Shown: one piece after another, positions 43,175 to 53,041 of the stretch
Numbering within the stretch: the stretch's first letter is position 1
Layout: the number at the start of each line of letters is the position of its first letter
IMG/VR virus record: IMGVR_UViG_3300046011_002684
Coordinates: 1 to 64,000 of that record
Strand: one strand, 5' to 3'
Length of the DNA: 64,000 nucleotides
Source: a virus
Translations under genes and position numbers: made by a program
Notes under the pieces: generated by a model
The model's input: only the letters and a program-made list of their open reading frames with translations
The model's database searches: none
Told to the model about the DNA's origin: nothing

Positions 43175-44518
43175 TTATGCGTCCTTGAAGCCGTCGTCTT
43201 CTTTCTTTGAAGCTCTTGCGGTAATGTCAAGTGGTTTATTAATAATATTCTTATCACCCTTAAGCGCATCGCCATGACGAGCTGGAGCTTTCTTACCAGA
43301 TGCACGAATAGCATCGAAGCTTTTCTTATCAACTAATGGCTCATTTACATAGTCGGGCATAGGAGTCGTACGAGCAAGCTCTTTCTTTGCACTCGGAGAA
43401 AGACCTTCACCGCGTGGAGAAGCTACACCTGGACGACCGCTGATTGATGCAGTTGCTGCTTCAGTTTGTACTGATTCTTTCTTCATATCCCAAGGAGCTT
43501 TTGCTAGGCTGACTTTATCCTTAGGCTTAGCCTTAGCAGAACCAAGAGCAGCTTTAATCTCTTTTGGTGTTAGCTTCTTTTCATCAAGATCTGCTTCTTC
43601 TTTTGTAAGTCTATCGGTAGCTTTAGCAATACCCGACATACGATTACCCATTCTTTTTCTAGCACGATCGGTTTCAGAATCGTTCTTATTCGCTAATACT
43701 GCTGCAGTATTTCCGATTTGGTTAGTAGAAGCTTTCTTCACGTATGAACCAAGAGTTGATTTCTTGAGTTCGTCGAGTTCTTCAACTTCTTCCTTAGTTA
43801 GCTTATCAACTGCTTTAGCAATACCCATATCTCTTTTATAGGATTTTTGGAGATTTGACATGCTTGCATCTTTTTCGGCACCACGCTTATACTCTCTACC
43901 CGCTAGATTGCGTGAGGCTTTCTTTACATATGAACCAAGAGTCTTCTTTGAAAGTTCGTCGAGTTCTTCAACTTCTTCAACTTCTTCTTTCGCAAGTTTA
44001 CTAGTTGCTGTAGAAATACCAATCTGTCTTCCTAGGGCTTTCATGTAATTCTTACCACTATCTTTATCTCGAACGTCACCTGCTCTATAAGCCTTAGTAA
44101 CAGCATCACCAGCAGCTTTCTTTACATATGAGCCAAGAGTCTTCTTTGAAAGTTCATCGAGTTCTTCGACTTCTTCTTTCTGAACATCCTTCTTATCTTT
44201 CATTACATACTGGGTAGGCTTGCGCTTTTTTGTAGCAGGATAAAGCTTGCCATCTTTCATTCCTTTTAGGAAAGAATCTAGCTTTGATTCAGAGGATTCA
44301 GAGGTAACAACTTCTTTTGTTGTGTCCTTTGATGATTTACCTTTAATAGCAGCTGAAACCGCCTTACGACGATTATGAAGATATTTGTCTGACTTATCAA
44401 CATCTCCATCGTTATCGATATCAGCATCAGCCTTGCCAACTGGATCTAGTTTCTTCTTGGCCGCTTCTTGTACTTCTTTCCAAGCCAGCGCCATTCTTTT
44501 AATGTCTTCTGTTTTCAT
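43175..44518 (-). CDS. putative internal head protein with repeats
   Basis: Three EEVEELDEL.K.TLGSYVKKA repeats; DIDNDGDVD EF-hand-like loop. Confidence 0.7.
   Translation of the reverse strand: MKTEDIKRMALAWKEVQEAAKKKLDPVGKADADIDNDGDVDKSDKYLHNRRKAVSAAIKGKSSKDTTKEVVTSESSESKLDSFLKGMKDGKLYPATKKRKPTQYVMKDKKDVQKEEVEELDELSKKTLGSYVKKAAGDAVTKAYRAGDVRDKDSGKNYMKALGRQIGISTATSKLAKEEVEEVEELDELSKKTLGSYVKKASRNLAGREYKRGAEKDASMSNLQKSYKRDMGIAKAVDKLTKEEVEELDELKKSTLGSYVKKASTNQIGNTAAVLANKNDSETDRARKRMGNRMSGIAKATDRLTKEEADLDEKKLTPKEIKAALGSAKAKPKDKVSLAKAPWDMKKESVQTEAATASISGRPGVASPRGEGLSPSAKKELARTTPMPDYVNEPLVDKKSFDAIRASGKKAPARHGDALKGDKNIINKPLDITARASKKEDDGFKDA
43730..44180 (-). repeat. Three coding repeats (EEVEELDELSKKTLGSYVKKA); fourth copy near 45378-45440 in another gene
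   Basis: Shared DNA GC(T)TTCTTTACATATGA(A/G)CCAAGAGTCTTCTTTGAAAGTTC in three copies, more diverged in the fourth. Confidence 0.85.
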
Positions 44519-44528
44519 TTCTTTACCC

Positions 44529-44801
44529 TTACATTAGTATGTTTGTGGCGATGGCGCCTGACATTGCAATAATTGCTATCCAAAATAGCTTATTAATTGT
44601 ATTTACCGTTGTTGCATTCTGCATTACGAGCTTTTCTAATTCGTCTAGTTTCTCGGAGAATCTATTCATACGATCGTATTGAGAAGAATATTTCTGCTCC
44701 ATAGAGATTAACTTCTCTTCTGCACGAGCAATTGTAATCATAGCATCGGAGAGTTTATCAATCTTAGCTTCGATGCGATCTAATCTTGGATCTTCTGACA
44801 T
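44529..44801 (-). CDS. coiled-coil protein with C-terminal TM
   Basis: RLDRIEAKIDKL...LFWIAIIAM. Confidence 0.65.
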   Translation of the reverse strand: MSEDPRLDRIEAKIDKLSDAMITIARAEEKLISMEQKYSSQYDRMNRFSEKLDELEKLVMQNATTVNTINKLFWIAIIAMSGAIATNILM

Positions 44802-44806
44802 ATTCT

Positions 44807-45118
44807 TTACCACTTTACTTTGTCTGCCCAATAGGCAGCAGACATTTTACCTTTAGCAATATTCTTAGCATGACGTGCTTTGAATGACTTGCGACGAGCT
44901 TTCTGACGATCTGATTCGCCTTCTTTAGGTGCACCAGCAGTAGTAACACCAGCTTGGCCAAAGCGAATAGTCTTAACCTTATCGCCTTCTTTTGCAACAA
45001 CGATATGACTTTTGGTAGGGTGACTAGGTGTGCCTTTTGGTTTATTATAACCTTCAACTCCCGCAGCTTTTAGGCGGGAGTCTTTTTCTTCGTTAATAAA
45101 ATCTCTAAACTTAATCAT
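44807..45118 (-). CDS. basic putative internal head protein
   Basis: MIKFRDFINEE N-terminus; IRFGQ, RRKSFKARH, SAAYWA. Confidence 0.7.
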   Translation of the reverse strand: MIKFRDFINEEKDSRLKAAGVEGYNKPKGTPSHPTKSHIVVAKEGDKVKTIRFGQAGVTTAGAPKEGESDRQKARRKSFKARHAKNIAKGKMSAAYWADKVKW

Positions 45119-46145
45119 TTTTGATTACTTTTTTATCGACTTTAATCATACGGATACCAACTTTGCCATCGGGACGAACGTACTTTTCTGGCTTTCTATC
45201 AGCGGATTGTACCGCTTCTTCTTTCGTAAGCTTATCAACAGCCTTATTAATGTTGTCTCTGCGATTCGCTCTCTTCATAAGAAGTTTATTATTGTGCTTG
45301 ACTGGATCTGCAACGCCACGTGGATCAACATATCTGTTACGAGTAACTTCTGCTTCACGGTTGCCCAGATCGTCTTTGGCTTTCTTTACATATGAACCAA
45401 GAGTCTTCTTTGAAAGTTCTTCAATTGGTTCAACTTCTTCAGTAGCGCGAACTCTCGGTTCACCAGCGATACCAGGGTATGCTTTCTTGCCAGCAAGATT
45501 CACTCCAGGTCTACGCTTCATGACTTGCTTTACGCTTAATTCACCTGTGTTGGTTTTGTCAGCAACTTTGCGGATATAACGACGAGCAAGGTCACGTGAG
45601 ATTTCATCGAGCTCTTCGGTTTCTTCTTTCATCTTAACTTTATAACCAGCATACTGCTTATCTGTCATACGCTTGGCTTGTGACTTATCTTTATCATCTT
45701 TATTGCGATCAGCTTTTTCTTTATCCATACGAATCTTCTGTAATGGAGAAATAGTAACCGATTCTTCCATCGATTCATCTTCATCATCTTCATCACTATC
45801 TTCTGCATCAAGGTAATCACGTACAGAACGAATGTAGTCTGTTGCTTTAGTAACTTTGTTTTGTACCCACTCAGGAAGATTATCATCATCCCCGACCATC
45901 TTCATAAGTTTTTCATTTGCAGAACAAATCTGACGAAGCTGATTCTTCATCATATCGCCTTCTTTGTCATACTCATTTGGATCTTTTGCTTCAGCAACCT
46001 TTTTCGCCTGCCAAGTAGCAATAGCCATTTTCTTTTTCATGTCCATGCCAGGATTCTCACGCTCCATTGCTTTCGCAATCTCTTCGCGCTTCTTCTTTTC
46101 TGCAGGAGTAAGGGTTTTCTCTCTCAGATCTTTAAAGTTTTTCAT
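45111..46145 (-). CDS. putative internal head protein
   Basis: MKNFKDLRE N-terminus; LPEWVQNKVT; ELDEI/EELSKKTLGSY repeats. Confidence 0.7.
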   Translation of the reverse strand: MKNFKDLREKTLTPAEKKKREEIAKAMERENPGMDMKKKMAIATWQAKKVAEAKDPNEYDKEGDMMKNQLRQICSANEKLMKMVGDDDNLPEWVQNKVTKATDYIRSVRDYLDAEDSDEDDEDESMEESVTISPLQKIRMDKEKADRNKDDKDKSQAKRMTDKQYAGYKVKMKEETEELDEISRDLARRYIRKVADKTNTGELSVKQVMKRRPGVNLAGKKAYPGIAGEPRVRATEEVEPIEELSKKTLGSYVKKAKDDLGNREAEVTRNRYVDPRGVADPVKHNNKLLMKRANRRDNINKAVDKLTKEEAVQSADRKPEKYVRPDGKVGIRMIKVDKKVIKND

Positions 46146-46402
46146 TTTTTAATATTTCCTTTTTGCTTAGCCCAAAGATCTGGGTCGCCTTTAACTCTTG
46201 TTCTGCCGCCGGTAATAAAGCTATTGACTCTAGCCATGCCCCATTGCTGTGGAGTAGTACCAGGCTTATGACCAACCTTCCAAGCAGCTACACCACGCTT
46301 ATATACCTGCTTTAAAATACTCAAGCTAAACCCACTTTGCTTTGCTTTATTTGCAAGACCCGTGTCTGCTTCCTCTGCGAGATAAGATTTGAAAGTAATC
46401 AT
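46142..46402 (-). CDS. basic putative internal head protein
   Basis: MITFKSYLAEE; VYKRGVAAW...QQWGMARVNSF. Confidence 0.7.
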   Translation of the reverse strand: MITFKSYLAEEADTGLANKAKQSGFSLSILKQVYKRGVAAWKVGHKPGTTPQQWGMARVNSFITGGRTRVKGDPDLWAKQKGNIKK

Positions 46403-47793
46403 TTGTCCCCATACATCTGTTTAAATCTTAGGGTATACTGGCTTGGCTTCGTACCCTTTTTACGAGCTTCTTTATCACCTGGTGCATCTTTATATAGATC
46501 TGGATTACCATGGTCATCACGCTTTGACATCTTCTTGAAGTGTGCGTCACGTGCTGCCTTGGTAGATTTTGATTTGATACCAATCTGGAATGTAGCTGGC
46601 TGAGACCCTTTACGATCATCAATGTCTTTATCTTGTGCTACATCAATCTTTTCTTGTACACAATTTGGAACCATCTTACCGTTCTTCATCTTGGTACCGA
46701 CTTGTTTATATCCCGGCCAGCAAGGATTCTCTTCTGGCAGATCAAGAGTCTTAGGATATCCTTCTTGACCAGGCTTCAGTTTAGGCTTACCTGAAGCTCT
46801 TCTCTTACGAATGTTATCCCAGATATTCGGTCTATCAGTTCCTTCGCCCGGAGTCATCATCTTTGCTTTCTTAGTGGATTCTGGTGTACCCCAATCAGGC
46901 TTATCGGCGTACATGCTTTTGCCCTCTTCTAGTCTCACGGAAAAAGAAGCAACCTCATACTCTGGGTATTTCTCTTCTACCTTCTCCACTGCATCAAGCC
47001 ACTTACGGTATTCATTCGCCTTTGATTCGACAATAACGTAGTTTGTACCAAGGCGCTTTACTTTACCAATCTCACCGTTCTCTTTAATGACGACTTCGTC
47101 ACCAACTTCGAAGAGTTTACCATCAACATAAGATTCACGGATCTCTGATACAGGATCAAGCTGGACGTGCTTACGATAGTCTGTAGCTTCCTTTAGTCCC
47201 ATACCCTTACGAACAGCATTAAAAAGCGCCTTCGAATCTGAATTCGAAAACGCCTTCGGAAGACCCTGCACAAATGTAGTAAAGTCGTTCTCTGATGCAG
47301 CTGCACGCATCTTGGATGCGCTCATACCTTCTACACCTTCTGCATCAGGATCGCGCTCGCCCGCGGACGCGACTTTGATATCCATGAAGTTATAGAAGCC
47401 ATGACGGGCTTTTTTGCCGTTGTAGTTATTCAGAAGAGCATCAAATTCTCTTACACGGTCAGATCCGACAACCATTACGATTCTCCGGAAGCCTTCGTCA
47501 TAGAGTGAAACTGCTACATCGATTGCTGTCTTAATATTGTTGTTCATAAGAACGTTGCGTGCATGTCGTGGAAACATCTTACGGACGAACTTAATCTTAT
47601 CCTTATACTCTAAAGGATTCTTCTTATTATCAGAAGACTGTGACAGATATAGTCTATATGGATTCTTACCAGCAGTAGAAGCAAGTTTATCTAACAGCTT
47701 CTCATGACCAATCGTCGGCGGATTCATTCTCCCGAAGGAGAAGAAAACCGTCTTTTCTTCTTCAACTAAATACTGCTTAAACGATCCAATCAT
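46399..47793 (-). CDS. cytidylyltransferase-like (HxGH-type) protein with modular C-terminus
   Basis: FGRMNPPTIGH, KNPL, VVGSDR, MSASKMR; CWPGY...KMVPNCV module. Confidence 0.8.
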   Translation of the reverse strand: MIGSFKQYLVEEEKTVFFSFGRMNPPTIGHEKLLDKLASTAGKNPYRLYLSQSSDNKKNPLEYKDKIKFVRKMFPRHARNVLMNNNIKTAIDVAVSLYDEGFRRIVMVVGSDRVREFDALLNNYNGKKARHGFYNFMDIKVASAGERDPDAEGVEGMSASKMRAAASENDFTTFVQGLPKAFSNSDSKALFNAVRKGMGLKEATDYRKHVQLDPVSEIRESYVDGKLFEVGDEVVIKENGEIGKVKRLGTNYVIVESKANEYRKWLDAVEKVEEKYPEYEVASFSVRLEEGKSMYADKPDWGTPESTKKAKMMTPGEGTDRPNIWDNIRKRRASGKPKLKPGQEGYPKTLDLPEENPCWPGYKQVGTKMKNGKMVPNCVQEKIDVAQDKDIDDRKGSQPATFQIGIKSKSTKAARDAHFKKMSKRDDHGNPDLYKDAPGDKEARKKGTKPSQYTLRFKQMYGDK

Positions 47794-48260
47794 TCTTCGG
47801 CCTTTGGATTCTTTCTTTCCATTTCCTTCTTGCGAACGTCTTTAATCATCTTGACTGCAAGACGTTCGATTCTGTTCTTAAAGGAAGGTCTACTAAGGCG
47901 AGTTTCAATCTCGGATTTTCTTACTGGGGTAAGTTCATCTCTTGGGATGTTTTTTACTATTTTATTATAGATTGCTTTATAAGCTGCACGGCGTGCTCTT
48001 TTCTCTAGAGTTTCTTTGCTAGCAAATCTACGGGCAGCTCTACGCTTACCCATCTGGATTTTTGCTTTATTACGGCGAATATCTCTGGATTTCTTAAGAC
48101 GGGTAGCAATCGAAAGCGCTTCATCTACTTCCGTCTCTTCCCCGATCGGTCCACCTTCACCAACCCCAATGGTACGCTTGCGGCGGTAAGCTCTATAGTT
48201 AACGAGTTCATCTTCTCCTGGAAGATACTCGACAGTCATCATATCTTTAAATCTTAGCAT
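47790..48260 (-). CDS. basic putative internal head protein
   Basis: MLRFKDMMTVE; VDEAL followed by an Arg/Lys-rich region. Confidence 0.65.
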   Translation of the reverse strand: MLRFKDMMTVEYLPGEDELVNYRAYRRKRTIGVGEGGPIGEETEVDEALSIATRLKKSRDIRRNKAKIQMGKRRAARRFASKETLEKRARRAAYKAIYNKIVKNIPRDELTPVRKSEIETRLSRPSFKNRIERLAVKMIKDVRKKEMERKNPKAEE

Positions 48261-49490
48261 TTATCTTCTTCCCGGTTTATCCCATCCCTTTAACGTATCT
48301 GGTGAGAAGTTGTTGAATGAAAATTCCATTCGATCAACGATCTTCACCGCATCACCACCAAGCTTATCTATAGCCACATAACCCTCTGGACCTGTAGTCT
48401 TAAATCCGTTACGAGTCTTAACAAAATGTTTAGTTTTAGATAATTTATTAAGTATATTTATGAGTTTTAATTTCGCTAGAACGATCATTTTCTGTAAATC
48501 GAATATCAATTTCAGTGATTTTTTATTCTCATTTGAAAAAAATCTTAGGATTTCGTCACGCTTTTTGACTTGGGCTGCCTTACCTTTTTCGGTCGTGCGG
48601 CTTTCGATTTCTTTCTGGTAGCGGGCTTTGATCCATCTGACGAGACCGTTGGTGTGGGCTGCGGTGTCTGTAATGATGGTTCCGGCTCGGACAAAGGTAT
48701 TGTTGTAGGTTTCGATGAGGACTGCAAGCTCTCTGTTGGCTTCGAGTTCTCGTAATGTATTCCCAGCAATTTGGTTAAAGATTTTACCAGCTTCTGAAAG
48801 ATATTCATTGACCATCTCCGTTTCTTGTGAAGTCATTGTTAAATTCGTCAAGTCACGGAGCATAGCATCCTGCGACCAAATGTTCTTGGATTTCTTAAAC
48901 TTACTTATATCTACCCCATACGAGGCGCGCATAGATTCAAATGTGTTACCGGTGTAAGAGGTATGCCAGACAATACCAATCTTTGCAGATCTAACGTTCT
49001 TTGCAGCATCTGAATTTGCAGGGACAGCATATACAATTGTATTTGGATGGAAGGTAACATATTGTTCTCCGTCTATGGTCTCTGTAGACAAATCACCGGG
49101 TCCGAAGAGGAAATCTCCCTGTACCACGCCGGTAATTCCCAGTTCTGGCAAGTACTTGAGTGCCAGTTTGAGTTTATCTGCAAGATCACCAGAAGTATCA
49201 GCATCGACGTCAGCTGAAGATTTGTAGACTTTAGGGTTCTTGTTGAAAATGCCCTTCTTGGCAACGAAAAATTTATTATCACTCGGATCAATACCAGCAA
49301 AAATAGCAGGAGCACCATCCCACTTAACACTGACGTTTCCCGCATGCGTTCCTTTCAACATATCACGAAGAGATCTGAGAGCAAGGATTGCCTCTCTTGC
49401 ACCTTTCACCCCACCGTATATGACACGATCTTCGACGTGTGTCATGTGGGTATTCTTTTGTTCTGTTATAAATCCTGAGAAGTTTTCCAT
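48261..49490 (-). CDS. phage protein with covalent nucleotidyltransferase (ligase-like) motifs
   Basis: SVKWDG (KxDG), VQGDF, PEGYV, VKIVDR. Confidence 0.6.
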   Translation of the reverse strand: MENFSGFITEQKNTHMTHVEDRVIYGGVKGAREAILALRSLRDMLKGTHAGNVSVKWDGAPAIFAGIDPSDNKFFVAKKGIFNKNPKVYKSSADVDADTSGDLADKLKLALKYLPELGITGVVQGDFLFGPGDLSTETIDGEQYVTFHPNTIVYAVPANSDAAKNVRSAKIGIVWHTSYTGNTFESMRASYGVDISKFKKSKNIWSQDAMLRDLTNLTMTSQETEMVNEYLSEAGKIFNQIAGNTLRELEANRELAVLIETYNNTFVRAGTIITDTAAHTNGLVRWIKARYQKEIESRTTEKGKAAQVKKRDEILRFFSNENKKSLKLIFDLQKMIVLAKLKLINILNKLSKTKHFVKTRNGFKTTGPEGYVAIDKLGGDAVKIVDRMEFSFNNFSPDTLKGWDKPGRR

Positions 49491-50794
49491 TATAAGCTGT
49501 GCTCCTGCCAGGTCAGTGATACAACAGCATCATCGTTGTTTGTTGTAGGAGTAATTGCGATAGTGAATATTTTACCAGCACTATCATTATCAATAACTCC
49601 TCTAGTTAATTGGGCAGAGTGGTTAAACACGTCATCGAGATTTATACTGTTTACAGTTGATTGACCTTTGAATATGCCTTCGAATATAATTTCACCGCCA
49701 CCCATCGAATCGGCTGAAAGATCGTACTGGACAGAGGTTTCCGAATCTTGTGACACCCAGGAGGCATTCTTCAATGAAGTTACGTCCCTGATTACATAAT
49801 ACTTATAGGCTGTAGCCTGTATTCCATAAAAATCTATCAAGGCGGGTATTACAATTGCGTCCGTTCTATTCGGCTTCAATCTGATAGAAATCATTGGATT
49901 TAATTTATTATTCGTAAGGTTCTTACCTGTAATTGGATTTGAAGCACTTCTTGTTAGATTCTGTAAGTTATAACCACCTTCCGATATAACGGTTGAACAG
50001 ATTTGTTTCAAAGTGCTAGAACTACCTGTAGCTGCAGTGTTTGTAATCTCATATCTGCATGGGAGCGAAGCCGTTGTAATATATGTTCCTGTAATGTTAT
50101 TTGCATGATGAAATATATGTACTACAACAAACTGCCCGTTGATAACAAAGCCAGAGCGAACAGATCCTACCCCAAGCCATTCTAGATCTACCCAGAATAT
50201 ATGGGATTTAGTTATATCTAAAATTATGCCACTAGGACCAGTTCCATCTAACCTATCTATATTCCATGATGACCGAGCTATTCTAGTATTATCCACGGAA
50301 CCACTTACGGAAGATCTTAAGACCATATAGATTGAAGAACCATCTAATTCTAGATATACACCGTTCTTCTTTCCAAAGTAACCTACACGCTGGCGCAGGT
50401 TTTCTTTTGGTGTATTAAAGGTAAAAGTATTCATAGAGATTATACTTTTACCAGGCTGATATGGGAATGCTCGGTTCGTTTCTCGAATAACCTCATCACC
50501 ACTAGCTGAACCAATTGTCATATCAACTAGGCCTTGGTTTGCATTAAAAGCAGCGGATGCTGTTCCTGTCAACTTCTGTTCCCATTTTTTAGTGTTGTCG
50601 GCAAATCGGAAAGAACTATCGAAAAGAGTGTGCGGAGAAGCCGTACGAAGACGACCGAAGGCATCTGCTGAAGTATTAAGATTCCCTTTCTCGACGTAGA
50701 TTGTGGGTCCAGCCAGGCCGGCCGTCATAACTACTTCATATATAGCATCATTGTTGCCTAGAAGTCTATTTCTTAAAGTACTGTATTGAGCCAT
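49490..50794 (-). CDS. beta-rich putative virion structural protein
   Basis: DAFGRLR, YQPGKS, WLGVG; late-gene context. Confidence 0.6.
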   Translation of the reverse strand: MAQYSTLRNRLLGNNDAIYEVVMTAGLAGPTIYVEKGNLNTSADAFGRLRTASPHTLFDSSFRFADNTKKWEQKLTGTASAAFNANQGLVDMTIGSASGDEVIRETNRAFPYQPGKSIISMNTFTFNTPKENLRQRVGYFGKKNGVYLELDGSSIYMVLRSSVSGSVDNTRIARSSWNIDRLDGTGPSGIILDITKSHIFWVDLEWLGVGSVRSGFVINGQFVVVHIFHHANNITGTYITTASLPCRYEITNTAATGSSSTLKQICSTVISEGGYNLQNLTRSASNPITGKNLTNNKLNPMISIRLKPNRTDAIVIPALIDFYGIQATAYKYYVIRDVTSLKNASWVSQDSETSVQYDLSADSMGGGEIIFEGIFKGQSTVNSINLDDVFNHSAQLTRGVIDNDSAGKIFTIAITPTTNNDDAVVSLTWQEHSL

Positions 50795-51564
50795 TATAAA
50801 ATCCTTTCAAATGGATTCTTTTTCGTTGTACCAGGTTTTAGGGAATACGGGCTCTTTTCCATTTTCTCAATTTTTACTTCGGGCTGAACCTCATAAAATC
50901 TACTACGTGTACTGATTCTCATTTTAAATTCACCACTACCAGATACTTGCGGTACATCGTTAGGTACACCTAAAGGATTCTTTTTACCTATCATATAAAA
51001 ATCATCACCGGCTTGCATATAATAAGCCGGTTCAGCTTTACCTTTGAGATAATGATTAGTAACCAATTCACCCATATCAACACCTGGAAGTTTTAGGATA
51101 TATCTGTTACGAGTATTGAAAAAATCTTTCATTTTATCTAGAGGTACCGCCTTCGGATCCTTTAAACCACCAAGGGTGGTAGGAATTTTAATATCTTTCA
51201 TTCCAGTAAATTTCTCAAGATCAGCAATAAATCTTTTCGCGTCTTTAGAGTTGTTCAAGGTATCTACACAGAATTGCTTTAAAGGGGAAAGCTTACCATC
51301 AGCATCAGGCGATGCATCCCACTTTTTACCATCGAAGAAAACACGAGTATTACCGAGGTTATCGGTATGATTCATTTTAACTTCTAACCATATAGCTTTT
51401 GAGAAAGGTACTCTACCTTTAGGATAAATTACGACATCAGAGTATTTTGAACTAACCTTTGGTCTTTCGGCATCAATTCCTAGAGATTTGATGTAATTAG
51501 CCACGTCTATCTCATACTGGTCTGCTGCGCTCATCTCTACAAGATATCCTTTAAAAGTTCTCAT
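50794..51564 (-). CDS. putative PD-(D/E)xK nuclease-like internal protein
   Basis: MRTFKGYLVE; E...SDV...WLEVK; TATAAATA at 51592-51599. Confidence 0.5.
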   Translation of the reverse strand: MRTFKGYLVEMSAADQYEIDVANYIKSLGIDAERPKVSSKYSDVVIYPKGRVPFSKAIWLEVKMNHTDNLGNTRVFFDGKKWDASPDADGKLSPLKQFCVDTLNNSKDAKRFIADLEKFTGMKDIKIPTTLGGLKDPKAVPLDKMKDFFNTRNRYILKLPGVDMGELVTNHYLKGKAEPAYYMQAGDDFYMIGKKNPLGVPNDVPQVSGSGEFKMRISTRSRFYEVQPEVKIEKMEKSPYSLKPGTTKKNPFERIL

Positions 51565-51591
51565 GTCTGCCCCATGCGATAATGTTTCTTG

Positions 51592-51599
51592 TATTTATA
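51592..51599 (-). promoter_or_regulatory. T4-type late promoter TATAAATA (also at 14981 and 52233)
   Basis: Exact gp55 consensus upstream of virion-associated genes. Confidence 0.7.
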
Positions 51600-51612
51600 T
51601 AAAAAATGTCAC

Positions 51613-51643
51613 AAAAAAAGAGGGAAGTAAATCCCCTCTTTTT
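51613..51643. terminator. Intrinsic terminator, possibly bidirectional
   Basis: A-run GAGGG...CCCTC T-run. Confidence 0.65.
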
Positions 51644-51661
51644 AAGTTTTGTAATAGAATA

Positions 51662-52180
51662 TTAGCTACCAGGTTTATCCTGATATTTAGTGCCTTTATA
51701 CTTATCTTCACCGGATCTTTTGGTGTAAGTAGTTTTAGCCATAGTCTTCTTAGTCATATGACGCTCTGGATTAGCTCCAGAGGTATTATAAACGTCATCA
51801 GCGTGGCCACCCTGTGGACGACGAGCATCTCTTTTACCAGTTGCCTCTTTGTCTTTAAAGTATCCTGAACGAGCGGCAGATCCACTGGCTTTTCCAGCCG
51901 CATAGGCTTTACTTTGACCTGGGTTATTTTTATTGTAACTAATAGCTGTTGCAGCTCGCCCCTTGGATGCATCGGCAGCGTTACGTCCAGCACGGAATGC
52001 CTTTTTCAACACTGATTTACGATCTGTTCCAGAACCTTTAATCGAGGCTTCTTCTAGTTCGCTAAACCATTGTTCAAAATCTTCGTCCAGCTCTTCGGTG
52101 TCTTCTGAAACATAATGGACTTTTTGGGCTGCTTCCCAAATTTTAGAAGCAGAATTTCTAATCTCTTCGAAATTTCTCAT
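51662..52180 (-). CDS. putative internal head protein
   Basis: Start trimmed to MRNFEEIR (GAGG RBS, late promoter); acidic ELDE/ELEE prosegment then a basic domain. Confidence 0.7.
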   Translation of the reverse strand: MRNFEEIRNSASKIWEAAQKVHYVSEDTEELDEDFEQWFSELEEASIKGSGTDRKSVLKKAFRAGRNAADASKGRAATAISYNKNNPGQSKAYAAGKASGSAARSGYFKDKEATGKRDARRPQGGHADDVYNTSGANPERHMTKKTMAKTTYTKRSGEDKYKGTKYQDKPGS

Positions 52181-52250
52181 ATTTTCCTCATTAACGTTAA
52201 TGTTAGGCTTATAATTGGTTTGGTACCAAATGTATTTATATAAAAAAAAT

Positions 52251-52499
52251 TTAGTAAGAATAGATGTAGACGTCAGCAGTGTCTGAAAACTTAAGAGGCA
52301 AAGACTGGTTATAACGATACAGACCCATACGGTGGCCACGTCCCTGAAGCTTGACGTACATCGGTTTAGGACCAAAAGCGCGATCTTTGTTGGCTTCTTT
52401 TACCAACTTTCGGATGCCTTTCACAAGGCTCATATCTTCTTGGTCAGCAAGATTGACGGTGCCGATGTAGGAAGCGGTGCGGTTTTCTTTGATGATCAT
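52251..52499 (-). CDS. hypothetical early protein
   Basis: GGAGG RBS. Confidence 0.65.
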   Translation of the reverse strand: MIIKENRTASYIGTVNLADQEDMSLVKGIRKLVKEANKDRAFGPKPMYVKLQGRGHRMGLYRYNQSLPLKFSDTADVYIYSY

Positions 52500-52514
52500 T
52501 TCGATATCCTCCGA

Positions 52515-52709
52515 TTAGACTTTAGCGAGTTGAGCGTTGACCGAACGTTCGAAGGCATGTCCAATGACAATACCCATAATTTCGGTCAATTTATCCAGAT
52601 CAATCATACCGTTTGCGTACATTTCACTTGCCGCAGTAGCAAGTTGATCAAGTTCTTCGTTAGTCATCGTGCGGATAGCAGCGTGGATTTCTTGCATCGA
52701 GTTAAACAT
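52515..52709 (-). CDS. hypothetical early protein
   Basis: AGGAG RBS, behind an early promoter. Confidence 0.65.
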   Translation of the reverse strand: MFNSMQEIHAAIRTMTNEELDQLATAASEMYANGMIDLDKLTEIMGIVIGHAFERSVNAQLAKV

Positions 52710-52777
52710 CTGGTATCTCCTTCGTTGTAAGATTAATATAAGGTATTAATCCACAAATGTAAACCACCTATTTCAAA

Positions 52778-52960
52778 TTATCCGAAAATATTTTCCCTAA
52801 TTTGTTCAATGGATTCTTCTGATCCAGATACGGTAATCTCGGGATTACCCCCACCAGGACCAAAAGTGATCCAGGATTCGAGTTTTAGATCGAACCGATC
52901 AAGGAGGGAAAGAAAGTCCTGGATCGGGCAGTCCCATGCGATATCGAAAGTGTGGGTCAT
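52778..52960 (-). CDS. hypothetical early protein
   Basis: AGGAG RBS; GPGGGNP motif. Confidence 0.65.
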   Translation of the reverse strand: MTHTFDIAWDCPIQDFLSLLDRFDLKLESWITFGPGGGNPEITVSGSEESIEQIRENIFG

Positions 52961-53041
52961 AGTGATTCTCCTTTTGTAGGATCACTATACAAAAAAATAG
53001 GGGACTTGTAAATCCCCTATTTTCATTTTTTTAGAAAAAAA

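Noticed and set aside
52181-52375. N-terminal extension of the 237-aa ORF
   Set aside because: Overlaps another gene and a late promoter; the RBS supports a start at 52180.
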